Positions 10,896-19,348 of a stretch of 63,304 bases of DNA are shown here, piece after piece. Made by a program: the position numbers and the translations under genes. Source of the stretch: Gemmatimonadales bacterium. Lineage in GTDB: Bacteria; Gemmatimonadota; Gemmatimonadetes; Gemmatimonadales; GWC2-71-9. The stretch covers positions 1-63,304 of the forward strand of contig DATDEZ010000056.1 in the NCBI GenBank assembly GCA_036522875.1. The letters run 5' to 3'. Positions within the stretch are counted from its first letter, which is position 1; each line of letters begins with the position of its first letter. The notes under the pieces are model-generated. The model was not told the DNA's origin. It ran no database searches and saw nothing but the letters and a program-made list of their open reading frames with translations.

Positions 10896-10933
10896 GGCGT
10901 CCAAGTTGAGCGCACCTTCTGACGGAGCGACCC

Positions 10934-11380
10934 ATGAGGCGCGTGTTCACGATGATTGCGGTGATTGTGCTGGCCGGCTGCGGAAGCTCGAGCGGTCCCG
11001 ATCCCTCGACCTGGCTCGGGACGTGGAGTGTCCAGGTCACGAATGGATCCGGCTGGCACGTGAATCCGCTGCAATACCATCTCACGCTGGTGGATTCCGC
11101 CAACGACATGTGGGCCACGGTGCCCGCCGTATCGGTCACGGACGACAACAACACCGATCCGGTGAATTTCTCTCAATTCACTGGCGTCAGGAACTACGCC
11201 GTCAGCGCGGATTCGGTCTGGCTGGGCGTCTCGGCGCAAGGCACGAACAGCGGGTTGACTTATAACCTGTTGATCCAGGGCACGCGTGCCGGCACCTCCG
11301 CGGCAGGGTCGCTGACGCTGGATCTGCAGGGCGGCGGAGGGTCATCGGTCGTCGCGACGTGGACTGCGACGAAGCAGTGA
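10934..11380 (+). CDS. Small lipoprotein, beta-rich (lipocalin-like by composition), uncharacterised
   Basis: ORF 10934..11380 has the lipobox IAVIVLAGC-GSSSG. A WLGTWSV motif lies near the N-terminus and ATWTATK at the C-terminus. Confidence 0.65.
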   Translation: MRRVFTMIAVIVLAGCGSSSGPDPSTWLGTWSVQVTNGSGWHVNPLQYHLTLVDSANDMWATVPAVSVTDDNNTDPVNFSQFTGVRNYAVSADSVWLGVSAQGTNSGLTYNLLIQGTRAGTSAAGSLTLDLQGGGGSSVVATWTATKQ

Positions 11381-13023
11381 CACCGCTGCTGCTGCTCCTG
11401 CTCACGCAGGGCGAACCGATGCCGATCACGGTGAAGGTCTCGCCGCGCATGGCGCTGCCCGGCACGCCCATCGTCTTCACCGGGACGACCGTCGCTGACG
11501 GCAAGCGCTTCGACGTCGGCATCACCGTGGTCAATCCGCAGCAGCACCCGGTGTCGGGGACGACGCGAGTCGATGCGCAGGGCAACTACACGGTCACCTT
11601 CAACGAAGCCAAGGCGCCGGGAGCGTACCGCGTCACGCTGACCGCTCCGGACGGGCGGGGCCACGACACGACGAGCTTCGTCGTGGGCGCGCCGGGCGAG
11701 TTCTCGAACGAGGCGACCGGAGCGGTCCAGCACATCACCGACGACGGCCAGGAGATCGAGCAGCACCTGGAGCAGGCGATCGAGGATCTGCCCGAGTCAC
11801 CGGCGAAGGAGCAGCTCAAAGAAAAGATGAAGGGCGTGCAGGACTCGCTGCGCGTCTCGGCCGAGCGGGCGCAGCAATTCCGGCAGGCGATGCAGAAGCT
11901 CGCCGACGTGCAGACCCGCTATCCCGAAACGGCGACGGTGCTTCACGACATGTACGTGCATCTGGGCGATGAAATCTTCCGCACCCAGGCCGAAGCCGAC
12001 GCGCGCAAGTTCGAGATCCTGCGCGAGCTCGACAATTCGCGCGCCGCCGGGGCGATCTGCGATCGACTCGAAACGATGAGCGAAGGGTTCAAGGCCGTTT
12101 CGGCGACGTTCAATCTCGCCGGCTCGCTGATGAGCGTCGTGCGCAGCTTTCTGACCGACTACGTCGCCGCGAAAGCCCCGCAGCTGCCCAACCCCGCGCT
12201 CAAGAACAATCCTGCCGGTCAGCTCGCACTCGGCGAAGCGATCAAGGGCAGCGCCGCCCTGCTCGTCTCACCCGCAGGCTGGGTCGGCTTCCTGTTCACG
12301 CTCGCCGCCGACATCGCCGCCTACTTTACCGACAAGGAGTTCGCGAAGTACTGCGAGCGCTTCGAAGGTCCGTTCAGCGCGACGATGCATGGTGAAGTGT
12401 TCCGGCAGAACGAGACATGGTGGACGATGGACATCCGCCTCGAGGGCCGGCTGACGCTGCGCTATCCGAAGGCCAAGCAGGGCGAGGCAATTCACATGAC
12501 CGGCCAGTTCGAGGGCGCCGCCACCGACTACAAGGTCTGGGAGGACGCGCTGCACGTCCTCTACCCGAAGCTCATGAACGGCACCCGCACGTTCAAGCGC
12601 GTGATCGTGCCGGTCGGGATCCCGTATTCCGACTTCGAGGGACGCTACGCCGCGCTCGCGTCACCCGCCGCGTTCATGGTGCCGGTGGAAGGCGATCTGA
12701 TCGGCCGCAAGCTCACGATCCGGCTGCAACCGGCCAAGAAAGAGATCCCGGAGACCTACCGCACGGCGCGCGTGATCGTCGCGATTCTGAGTCCGCTCGC
12801 GCTCATGCCCGTCGTGGTGAACTACCCGCTGCCGTACCAGTCGGGCGAGTTCGTGCTGAAGCACGGGCTCAGCCTCGACGACGGCCAGGACCTCGTGCTC
12901 GACATCACGGTCGGTCCGAGCTCGATGCAGGTGCAGCGCGACTTTCAGCACGACAAGCCGGGTGACGGCGTGAAGGCCCACTACACCGGGAGCCTGCGGC
13001 TATGCAACCCGTCCTGCCAATAG
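11377..13023 (+). CDS. Uncharacterised ~548-aa protein: N-terminal Ig-like beta domain, a long helical/coiled-coil region with a hydrophobic hairpin, and a C-terminal beta domain
   Basis: ORF 11359..13023. GTG 11377 overlaps the upstream stop as GTGA; ATG 11419 is an alternative start. The Ig-like part reads PIVFTGTTVADGKRFDVGITVVNP...GNYTVTFNEAKAPGAYRVTLTAPDG. The helical part reads EQHLEQAIEDLPESPAKEQLKEKMKGVQDSL... The hydrophobic segment is AALLVSPAGWVGFLFTLAADIAAYF. The protein ends in CNPSCQ. I recognise no family. Confidence 0.6.
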   Translation: MTPLLLLLLTQGEPMPITVKVSPRMALPGTPIVFTGTTVADGKRFDVGITVVNPQQHPVSGTTRVDAQGNYTVTFNEAKAPGAYRVTLTAPDGRGHDTTSFVVGAPGEFSNEATGAVQHITDDGQEIEQHLEQAIEDLPESPAKEQLKEKMKGVQDSLRVSAERAQQFRQAMQKLADVQTRYPETATVLHDMYVHLGDEIFRTQAEADARKFEILRELDNSRAAGAICDRLETMSEGFKAVSATFNLAGSLMSVVRSFLTDYVAAKAPQLPNPALKNNPAGQLALGEAIKGSAALLVSPAGWVGFLFTLAADIAAYFTDKEFAKYCERFEGPFSATMHGEVFRQNETWWTMDIRLEGRLTLRYPKAKQGEAIHMTGQFEGAATDYKVWEDALHVLYPKLMNGTRTFKRVIVPVGIPYSDFEGRYAALASPAAFMVPVEGDLIGRKLTIRLQPAKKEIPETYRTARVIVAILSPLALMPVVVNYPLPYQSGEFVLKHGLSLDDGQDLVLDITVGPSSMQVQRDFQHDKPGDGVKAHYTGSLRLCNPSCQ

Positions 13024-14093
13024 TCTTCGCGCTGGCAGTGCAGCAGATCCCGCTCCAGGCCGGGATGACGCTCACCTACGTGCACCGGAACTTCGATCGC
13101 AACCGCGACGACGAGATCCGAACCTGGATCGTGCGCATGACCGGCGAGGAATCGGTCTGGAACGCGGAGTGGGTCGCCAATCCGTGCCCGGGCCCCGAGG
13201 ACCACATGTCGCGGCGCGAGCAGCTCGGCGCGCGCAGCATGGATTTCGCGCGCGGCGGCACCGCCGATCAGACGGTCGCGGAGCACCGGCCGCACACGCT
13301 CTACATGCTGTCCGCCCGGCTGCTGCGCGGCCTCCGCGAGGGCGAGACGATGGACATGATCGTCCCGGTTCTCGCCAACGCGGAAATCATCCTCGGCGGG
13401 TCGTCCGACACCACGACGGGCCGCTGCAAGATGCCTCAGATGGTCCTGCAGCTCGTGCGCGGACAGGCGCAGCGCGTCGGCAACGACACGACGGAGACGG
13501 TGATCGTCGATGGACGCGGCATGACCGTGCCGATCATGCGCGTCCACGCGGACTTCGTCAGCCTGATCGACCAGCTGCGCATCCAGGGCGACATGTGGTT
13601 CGTCGACGACACCGCGGCCGCGTGGGTCACGCGCGTCGAGATGACGCGGCAGGACCAGCGGACGTTCCACATGGCGCTCGGGACGATCACGACCCCGGTG
13701 CCGGGAAGCGCGATCGAACGCCAGCTCGCCGATTCGTGCCGCGCGCCCGTGTACGGCTTCTACTTCGCGTTCAACAGCGCGACGCTCGACGCCGCGTCGC
13801 AGCCCACGTTCACGGCGGTCGCCGACCTGCTCGGCCGGCATCCCGACTGGACGCTGGCGATCGAAGGACACACTGACTCGATCGGCGATCCTGCGACGAA
13901 CCTGAAGCTGTCCGATCGCCGCGCCAACGCCGTGCGCCAGGAGCTGCTGGGCCATTACGGCGTCGCGGCGCCGCGTCTGACGGCGGCGGGACGCGGGATG
14001 GCCGGCTACGTCGCCCCAAACAACACGCTCGAGGGCCGCGCGCGGAATCGCCGCGTCGACCTCGTGCGCCGCTGTGGAGGCTCTCCCCCATGA
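13002..14093 (+). CDS. OmpA-family (peptidoglycan-binding C-terminal domain) protein with a novel ~250-aa N-terminal domain
   Basis: ORF 13002..14093. The C-terminus reads FAFNSATLDAASQPTFTAVADLLGRHPDWTLAIEGHTDSIGDPATNLKLSDRRANAVRQELL...GRARNRRVDL, the canonical OmpA_C/MotB motif. The N-terminal signal is MQPVLPIVFALAV. It overlaps the upstream gene by 22 nt. Confidence 0.8.
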   Translation: MQPVLPIVFALAVQQIPLQAGMTLTYVHRNFDRNRDDEIRTWIVRMTGEESVWNAEWVANPCPGPEDHMSRREQLGARSMDFARGGTADQTVAEHRPHTLYMLSARLLRGLREGETMDMIVPVLANAEIILGGSSDTTTGRCKMPQMVLQLVRGQAQRVGNDTTETVIVDGRGMTVPIMRVHADFVSLIDQLRIQGDMWFVDDTAAAWVTRVEMTRQDQRTFHMALGTITTPVPGSAIERQLADSCRAPVYGFYFAFNSATLDAASQPTFTAVADLLGRHPDWTLAIEGHTDSIGDPATNLKLSDRRANAVRQELLGHYGVAAPRLTAAGRGMAGYVAPNNTLEGRARNRRVDLVRRCGGSPP

Positions 14094-15175
14094 AAATGCT
14101 CGTGATGTGTTTGATGGTGATCGGTGCAGCCTGCTCGAGCCAGGCGAGGTCTGCCGCAAGTGATGCGAAGGATCCCTGTCGACTGGTCAGCCGCGCCGAA
14201 GCAGAGCGGATCCTCGGCGGGGGTCCCCTGCGCCACGATCCGTTCCGCGTCTCGAGCGGCGGCAATCGCGTTCCCAACCCCACCGGCAGCGCCTGTTTCT
14301 TCGAAGCGCGGAACGGCCGTCGCGTGATCATGGACGTGGATTGGACGGACGGACGCGCGGGCATGAAGATCGTCGGAATGATGGGCAGTCTGGTGGAGCA
14401 GGTCATCTCGACCGACTCGGGACAGGCCGACACACTCGACGCGCACTGGGACGAGCTGCGGATGCTGCCGGGGAGCAATCTCTATGCCCGCAAAGGCGAT
14501 CAGCTCGTCCAGCTCGATTACAACGGCTCGCGCATCGGCCTGATCGGTGCCGCGACATTCGCGAACATCGCGCTCGATCGCATGGCCAGCGGTCATCTTC
14601 TGACGTATGATGGCGCGGCGGCGGGCCGGACGGCCCCGGGGCCGATCGTGACGCCGGGCGATCCGTGCGGCCTGATTGCGCAGGCGGATTTCGAGCGGAT
14701 CGTCGGGCCGTTGGCGCAGAAGCCGAAGGCGGGACCGCATGGCGACGACTGCACGTACACGCTGGCGCAGTCGCGCGGCCTCGCCGGCAGTGACGTCGTC
14801 TTGCGGATCTTCTGGAAAGACGGTTGGGCCGCGATCGATCAGTCGGGATCGGCGGTTCGCAATGTCGTGGCGCACGTCGCCCCGCCGATGGCGCAAGGCT
14901 CGGCCGGCGCGCAGAGCGGCGATCAGAGCGTCGGCGGCTTCATGAACAAGATCATGAACGTCGCGCGGTCGCAGGGCGTCGGCGTCCAGACCGACGCGAA
15001 CGGCGGGCTGAAGAGCGATACCGCGGTGGCCGGACCGTGGGACGCCGGCTTCCTGAATATGGGTTTGGGTTTTTCCGTCGTGAAGGACGATGCAATGCTG
15101 TCGCTGGATCTTCGAGGGATCACGTACGAGCAGGCGAAAGCGCTGCTCGCCAAGGCAGTCGAGCGAATTCCATGA
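14090..15175 (+). CDS. Lipoprotein with an internally duplicated DPC...ERI(L/V)G module
   Basis: ORF 14090..15175 has the lipobox MVIGAAC-SSQ. DPCRLVSRAEAERILGG (aa 28-44) is echoed by DPCGLIAQADFERIVGP (aa 191-207). Each copy is followed by a second Cys about 30-40 residues later. It has an ATGA overlap with the OmpA-like gene. Confidence 0.65.
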   Translation: MKMLVMCLMVIGAACSSQARSAASDAKDPCRLVSRAEAERILGGGPLRHDPFRVSSGGNRVPNPTGSACFFEARNGRRVIMDVDWTDGRAGMKIVGMMGSLVEQVISTDSGQADTLDAHWDELRMLPGSNLYARKGDQLVQLDYNGSRIGLIGAATFANIALDRMASGHLLTYDGAAAGRTAPGPIVTPGDPCGLIAQADFERIVGPLAQKPKAGPHGDDCTYTLAQSRGLAGSDVVLRIFWKDGWAAIDQSGSAVRNVVAHVAPPMAQGSAGAQSGDQSVGGFMNKIMNVARSQGVGVQTDANGGLKSDTAVAGPWDAGFLNMGLGFSVVKDDAMLSLDLRGITYEQAKALLAKAVERIP

Positions 15176-15909
15176 GGAGGCGGAAGATGAAGACGAACGT
15201 GGCAATGGCGCTGGCCGTGCTGGCAGCGGCGATGTGTCCACTCACCGCGCACGCGCAGGGAGCGTTCGAAGGAACGGTGAACGGGACGATGACGGCGGAC
15301 GGAAAGGCGATCCCGTTCCGCTACTCGCAGCTCGGCAGCCGCATCCGGACGGAGTACACGATGGAAGGGCACAACGTCGCGTCGATCTACGACGCGACGA
15401 CCGGCGACATGACGTACATCATGCCCGAGCAGAAGAAATACATGATCTGGAACATGCGTGCGTCGAGCGGGATGGCGCGACAGATGGCGAATGCGATGGC
15501 CGGTCGCGGGCGCGACGCGCCGGACTGGTCCAAGATGAAGGTGACGCCCACGGGCCAGCGCGAAACGATCGCCGGAATTGCCTGCGAGCACTATCTGTTC
15601 GAGAACGCGGATGACCAGCAAAAGCATCACGCGCTCGACATGTGCGGCGCCAGCGGCCTCGGCTTCATGGGAATGGCCGGACAGACGAAATCGATGATGC
15701 CGTCCACGATCGCCATGCTGCGGTCCCAGAATCCCGAGATGGCGAAGCTGGCGCGACAGGGGTTCTTCCCGCTCAAGATGAGCATGACCGAAGAGCACGG
15801 CAGCTTCGTGTGGACCGTGACGCAGATCGAGCGCGGCCGTCCCGCGGCCGCACTGTTCCAGCCGCCGGCCGGCTACGAGGAGCTCAAGATGCCGAGTGCC
15901 CACGACTAG
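15172..15909 (+). CDS. Secreted protein, DUF4412-like
   Basis: C-terminal 245 aa of ORF 14824..15909, with the start at ATG 15172 (ATGA overlap). The signal peptide is KTNVAMALAVLAAAMCPLTAHAQG. The GAFEGTVNGTMTADGKAIPFRY...YIMPEQKKYMIW pattern resembles DUF4412, but the family call is tentative. Confidence 0.55.
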   Translation: MRRRKMKTNVAMALAVLAAAMCPLTAHAQGAFEGTVNGTMTADGKAIPFRYSQLGSRIRTEYTMEGHNVASIYDATTGDMTYIMPEQKKYMIWNMRASSGMARQMANAMAGRGRDAPDWSKMKVTPTGQRETIAGIACEHYLFENADDQQKHHALDMCGASGLGFMGMAGQTKSMMPSTIAMLRSQNPEMAKLARQGFFPLKMSMTEEHGSFVWTVTQIERGRPAAALFQPPAGYEELKMPSAHD

Positions 15910-15945
15910 GGAGAAACCCGGGTCGCCTGCGTCCGTAGGACAGCC

Positions 15946-17703
15946 ATGACGTTCGCCCTCCTCGTGGCTCTCCTTCAGACGCAGGCTGCAACACCGTTGG
16001 TCCAGATTCAGAACCTCACCCCTCGTGAGCAGCGGGTTAGCACGTTCGTCTTGCCGCGCGCCCAGGATCTCACGATCTCCGCCGTCGGCGCCGAGCCATG
16101 GCCGGACCGGCTGCGGAGCCGCGGTGACCGCGGTTGGCAGGACGACGAGCAGACGACCTGGCCCGCGGCCGCGTGGATTCTCGATGCGCGGACGCGGGCC
16201 GTCGTCTGGGATCTGCGCGCCGTCGAAACGCGGCGCGAATCGAACGGGCTACGGCATTTCGACGGCACGATTCACTTGCCCGCGGGAACGTACGAAACCC
16301 ATTACGCGTCGTATCCGGCGGCCACCGTGTCGCTCAACGGCGGCATCCAACTCAACGATTTACGTGATCTCATCCGGCTCGGCCGCCGCGTCAGCTATGG
16401 CGGGCCGTACGTCGAGAATGATCTGTACAAGCAGTTCGCGCTGAGCATCACCGGCGTCGGCCGAGCGGCCACGGACAGCGACATGGCGGTCGCCCATACG
16501 GCGTTCGCCGCCTCCATTGTGACGACCGTCGTGCCGGAGCGGAACAACTCCGCCCGCCAAGGTTTCGAGCTCACCCGGCCCACCACGGTCGAAGTGACTG
16601 CGATCGGTGAGCTCGGCCTCGATCGCGACTTCGATTACGGCTGGATCATCGATGCCGCCACCCGCAAGCGTGTGTGGACGATGACCTACGACGGCAGCGA
16701 GCCGGCGGGCGGGGCCGCAAAGAATCGCATCGCGCATGAAACATTGCACCTCAAGCCCGGCCGCTACGTCGCGTACTTTCTCTGTGACGACTCGCACGAT
16801 CCCGAAGACTGGAACGGCGTGCCACCCACGGATCCCGCGTCCTGGGGTCTCACGCTCCGCGTGGCCGACGCGGCCGCGCGGGCCGCCGTCAAGCTCTTCG
16901 ATTACGAGCCGGTGCCCGCCGGGCAGACCATCGTGTCGTTCACCGGTGTTGGAAACGACGAGGATCGCGCGCAGGGCTTCCGGCTGAACCACGCGATGGA
17001 CGTTCGCATCTTCGCCCTCGGCGAGGGGCGGAACGACCAGATGAACGACTACGCCTGGATCGCGAACGCCGATACCCACAAGCGGGTCTGGACGATGCGG
17101 TACGAGGATACGGAGGATGCGGGCGGGACGGAGAAAAACCGGTTGTACGACAGCGTTCTCCACCTCGCGATCGGCAACTACGTCGTGCATTACCGAAGCG
17201 ACGGCTCGCATTCCTACAATGATTGGAACGGCGCGCCGCCGGCGGATGGAAAGTACTGGGGCGTGAGCGTCTTTCCCGCGAGCGGCCGGCTCAACCCCGG
17301 CGACGTCGGACCGCTCGAGCGAAGAGCCGGCATGGGAGCACCACTGGCCCAGCTGACGCACATGGGCAACGACGAGAACGCGAGCCTGCAATTTCAGCTG
17401 ACGGCCGAGACGCGCGTGCGCGTGTATGCCGAGGGCGAAGGGCGCGACGGCTCGATGTTCGACTTCGGCTGGATCGAATCGGCCGACGGGACCCGGGTTT
17501 GGGAAATGCGGTACGCCGACACCGAGCCCGCCGGCGGCGACGACAAGAATCGCGTGGTCGACGGATCGGTCACGCTCCCGCCGGGGAGCTACACCCTGCA
17601 TTACCAGTCCGACGGCTCGCATTCCTACAACGATTGGAATGCCGACGCTCCCGACGACCCCGACGGATGGGGCATCTCCGTGTTCCGATTGGGGAATCGG
17701 TAG
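15946..17703 (+). CDS. Secreted protein built from four tandem ~138-aa repeats of an unrecognised domain
   Basis: ORF 15946..17703 has the signal MTFALLVALLQTQAA. The W-I dipeptide of the core motif falls at aa 77, 233, 371 and 509. The consensus is D(Y/F)(G/A)WI..A.T..RVW.M.Y.D.E.AGG..KNR.......L..G.Y..HY.SDGSHSYNDWN..P.D...WG. Confidence 0.7.
   Translation: MTFALLVALLQTQAATPLVQIQNLTPREQRVSTFVLPRAQDLTISAVGAEPWPDRLRSRGDRGWQDDEQTTWPAAAWILDARTRAVVWDLRAVETRRESNGLRHFDGTIHLPAGTYETHYASYPAATVSLNGGIQLNDLRDLIRLGRRVSYGGPYVENDLYKQFALSITGVGRAATDSDMAVAHTAFAASIVTTVVPERNNSARQGFELTRPTTVEVTAIGELGLDRDFDYGWIIDAATRKRVWTMTYDGSEPAGGAAKNRIAHETLHLKPGRYVAYFLCDDSHDPEDWNGVPPTDPASWGLTLRVADAAARAAVKLFDYEPVPAGQTIVSFTGVGNDEDRAQGFRLNHAMDVRIFALGEGRNDQMNDYAWIANADTHKRVWTMRYEDTEDAGGTEKNRLYDSVLHLAIGNYVVHYRSDGSHSYNDWNGAPPADGKYWGVSVFPASGRLNPGDVGPLERRAGMGAPLAQLTHMGNDENASLQFQLTAETRVRVYAEGEGRDGSMFDFGWIESADGTRVWEMRYADTEPAGGDDKNRVVDGSVTLPPGSYTLHYQSDGSHSYNDWNADAPDDPDGWGISVFRLGNR
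16558..17700 (+). repeat. Three well-conserved in-frame 414-nt (138-aa) tandem coding repeats; a fourth, diverged copy lies upstream at about 16045-16400
   Basis: The DYGWI, DYAWI and DFGWI motifs are spaced exactly 138 aa apart (aa 230, 368, 506). The KNR and DWN(G/A) motifs repeat with the same period, with a 1-residue deletion in the last copy. Confidence 0.7.
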
Positions 17704-17720
17704 CGTAGCTTTCGGGCCTC

Positions 17721-18473
17721 ATGAAAATCGCGGTCTGCATCAAGCGCGTGCCCGATTCGGAGACACGCGTCAAAATCGGGTCCGACCGGAAAAGCCTGGA
17801 CGAGGGCGGCGTGAAGTTCGTCATGAACCCATATGACGAGTTCGCTGTCGAAGAGGCGCTGCGGCGGAAAGAGAAAGCGGGAACAGGTGAGGTTGTCGTC
17901 CTGAGCCTGGGTCCCGCGGCGGCGCAGGAGACGATTCGCACGGCGCTCGCGATGGGCGCCGACCGCGGCGTGTTGCTGCAAACCGACAAGATCCCCGCCG
18001 ATCCCTTTGAATCCGCCAAACTCATCGCGGCCGCCCTGAAGTCCGACACCTGGGACCTGATCTTGTTCGGCCGCATGGCCATCGACGACTACAACCATCA
18101 GGTCGGCGTCATCGTCGCCGAGCTGCTCGGACTGCCGTGTGTGAGCGCGGTGTCGCACCTCGATATCGACGGCACGAAGGGAGTTGCCGAGCGCGAGATC
18201 GAGGGCGGCATCGAGGTGGTCGAGTTCCCGCTGCCCGCGCTGCTCACGGTTGACAAGGGACTCAATGAGCCGCGCTATCCCGCGCTCAAAGGCATCATGG
18301 CGGCGAAGAAGAAGCCGCTCGAGCTGAAACGCGTGGAGCCGGGAGCCGGGAGTCTGGAGCTCCTGGCGCTGACGCTGCCCCCCGAGCGAAAAGAAGGGAA
18401 GATCGTTGGCGAAGGAGCCGCGGCCGTGCCGGAGCTGGTACGACTGCTGCGCGAGGAGGCGAAGGTTCTGTGA
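17721..18473 (+). CDS. etfB: Electron transfer flavoprotein, beta subunit
   Basis: ORF 17721..18473. Motifs: MKIAVCIKRVPD, VKFVMNPYDEFAVEEALR, GADRGVLL, GRMAIDDYNHQVG. Confidence 0.9.
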   Translation: MKIAVCIKRVPDSETRVKIGSDRKSLDEGGVKFVMNPYDEFAVEEALRRKEKAGTGEVVVLSLGPAAAQETIRTALAMGADRGVLLQTDKIPADPFESAKLIAAALKSDTWDLILFGRMAIDDYNHQVGVIVAELLGLPCVSAVSHLDIDGTKGVAEREIEGGIEVVEFPLPALLTVDKGLNEPRYPALKGIMAAKKKPLELKRVEPGAGSLELLALTLPPERKEGKIVGEGAAAVPELVRLLREEAKVL

Positions 18474-19348
18474 CCAAGGTCCTCGCCGTACTCGAGCAAC
18501 GTGACGGCGCGTTGCGTAAAGTGTCGTTCGAAGTGGTGACCGCCGCGCGACGACTCGGCACCGCGGTCGATGCGGTGGTCTGCGGCGGAACCGGTCCCGA
18601 AGGCTGCGCGACCGCGGTGGCGGAACGCGCGAGATCGGGGAGCTATGACGCCGTTGTCTTCGCCGCCACCGCCACGGGAAAGGACATCGCCCCGCGTGTC
18701 GCCGCGAAGCTCGGCGTCGCCGTCGCGGCGGACGTGACCGACCTGGCGATCGACGGCGGCAAGATCGTCGCCACACGACCCGTGTACGCCGGCAAGGCGT
18801 TGCAACGGGTCGCCGTGCTCGGCACGCCGGCCGTGATTTCCATCCGTCCCAACATCTTCACGGCCGACGCGCAGGCGTCGCAAGTAAAGCCGGAGACGCT
18901 GTCCGTCGCGTCACCGGGCCGAGTCGTCATGCGCGAGATCAAGGCCGCGCCCGCGGGCATGCTGGATGTGGCCGAGGCAGCGGTGATCATCTCGGGCGGC
19001 CGCGGTCTCAAGGAGCCGGCGAACTTCAAAGTGCTGGAAGAGCTCGCGGGGGCGTTTGGCGGCAAGGCGGCCGTGGGCGCCTCGCGCGCGGTCGTGGACG
19101 CGGGCTGGCGCGCGCACGCCGACCAGGTCGGCCAGACCGGCAAGACGGTGAGTCCTTCGCTCTACATCGCGGTGGGCATCTCGGGCGCGATTCAGCATCT
19201 CGCCGGCATGCGCACGTCGAAGGTCATCGTCGCGATCAACAAGGACAAAGACGCGCCAATCTTCAAAGTCGCCGACTACGGCGTCGTGGGCGACTTGTTC
19301 GAGATCGTGCCGAAGCTCACCGAAGAAATCCGCAAGCTCCATGGATAG
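18470..19348 (+). CDS. etfA: Electron transfer flavoprotein, alpha subunit
   Basis: ORF 18470..19348. The FAD-binding C-terminus reads IISGGRGL...LAGAFGGKAAVGASRAVVDAGW...QVGQTGKTVSPSLYIAVGISGAIQHLAGM...IVAINKD. It has a GTGA-type overlap with etfB. Confidence 0.9.
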   Translation: MTKVLAVLEQRDGALRKVSFEVVTAARRLGTAVDAVVCGGTGPEGCATAVAERARSGSYDAVVFAATATGKDIAPRVAAKLGVAVAADVTDLAIDGGKIVATRPVYAGKALQRVAVLGTPAVISIRPNIFTADAQASQVKPETLSVASPGRVVMREIKAAPAGMLDVAEAAVIISGGRGLKEPANFKVLEELAGAFGGKAAVGASRAVVDAGWRAHADQVGQTGKTVSPSLYIAVGISGAIQHLAGMRTSKVIVAINKDKDAPIFKVADYGVVGDLFEIVPKLTEEIRKLHG

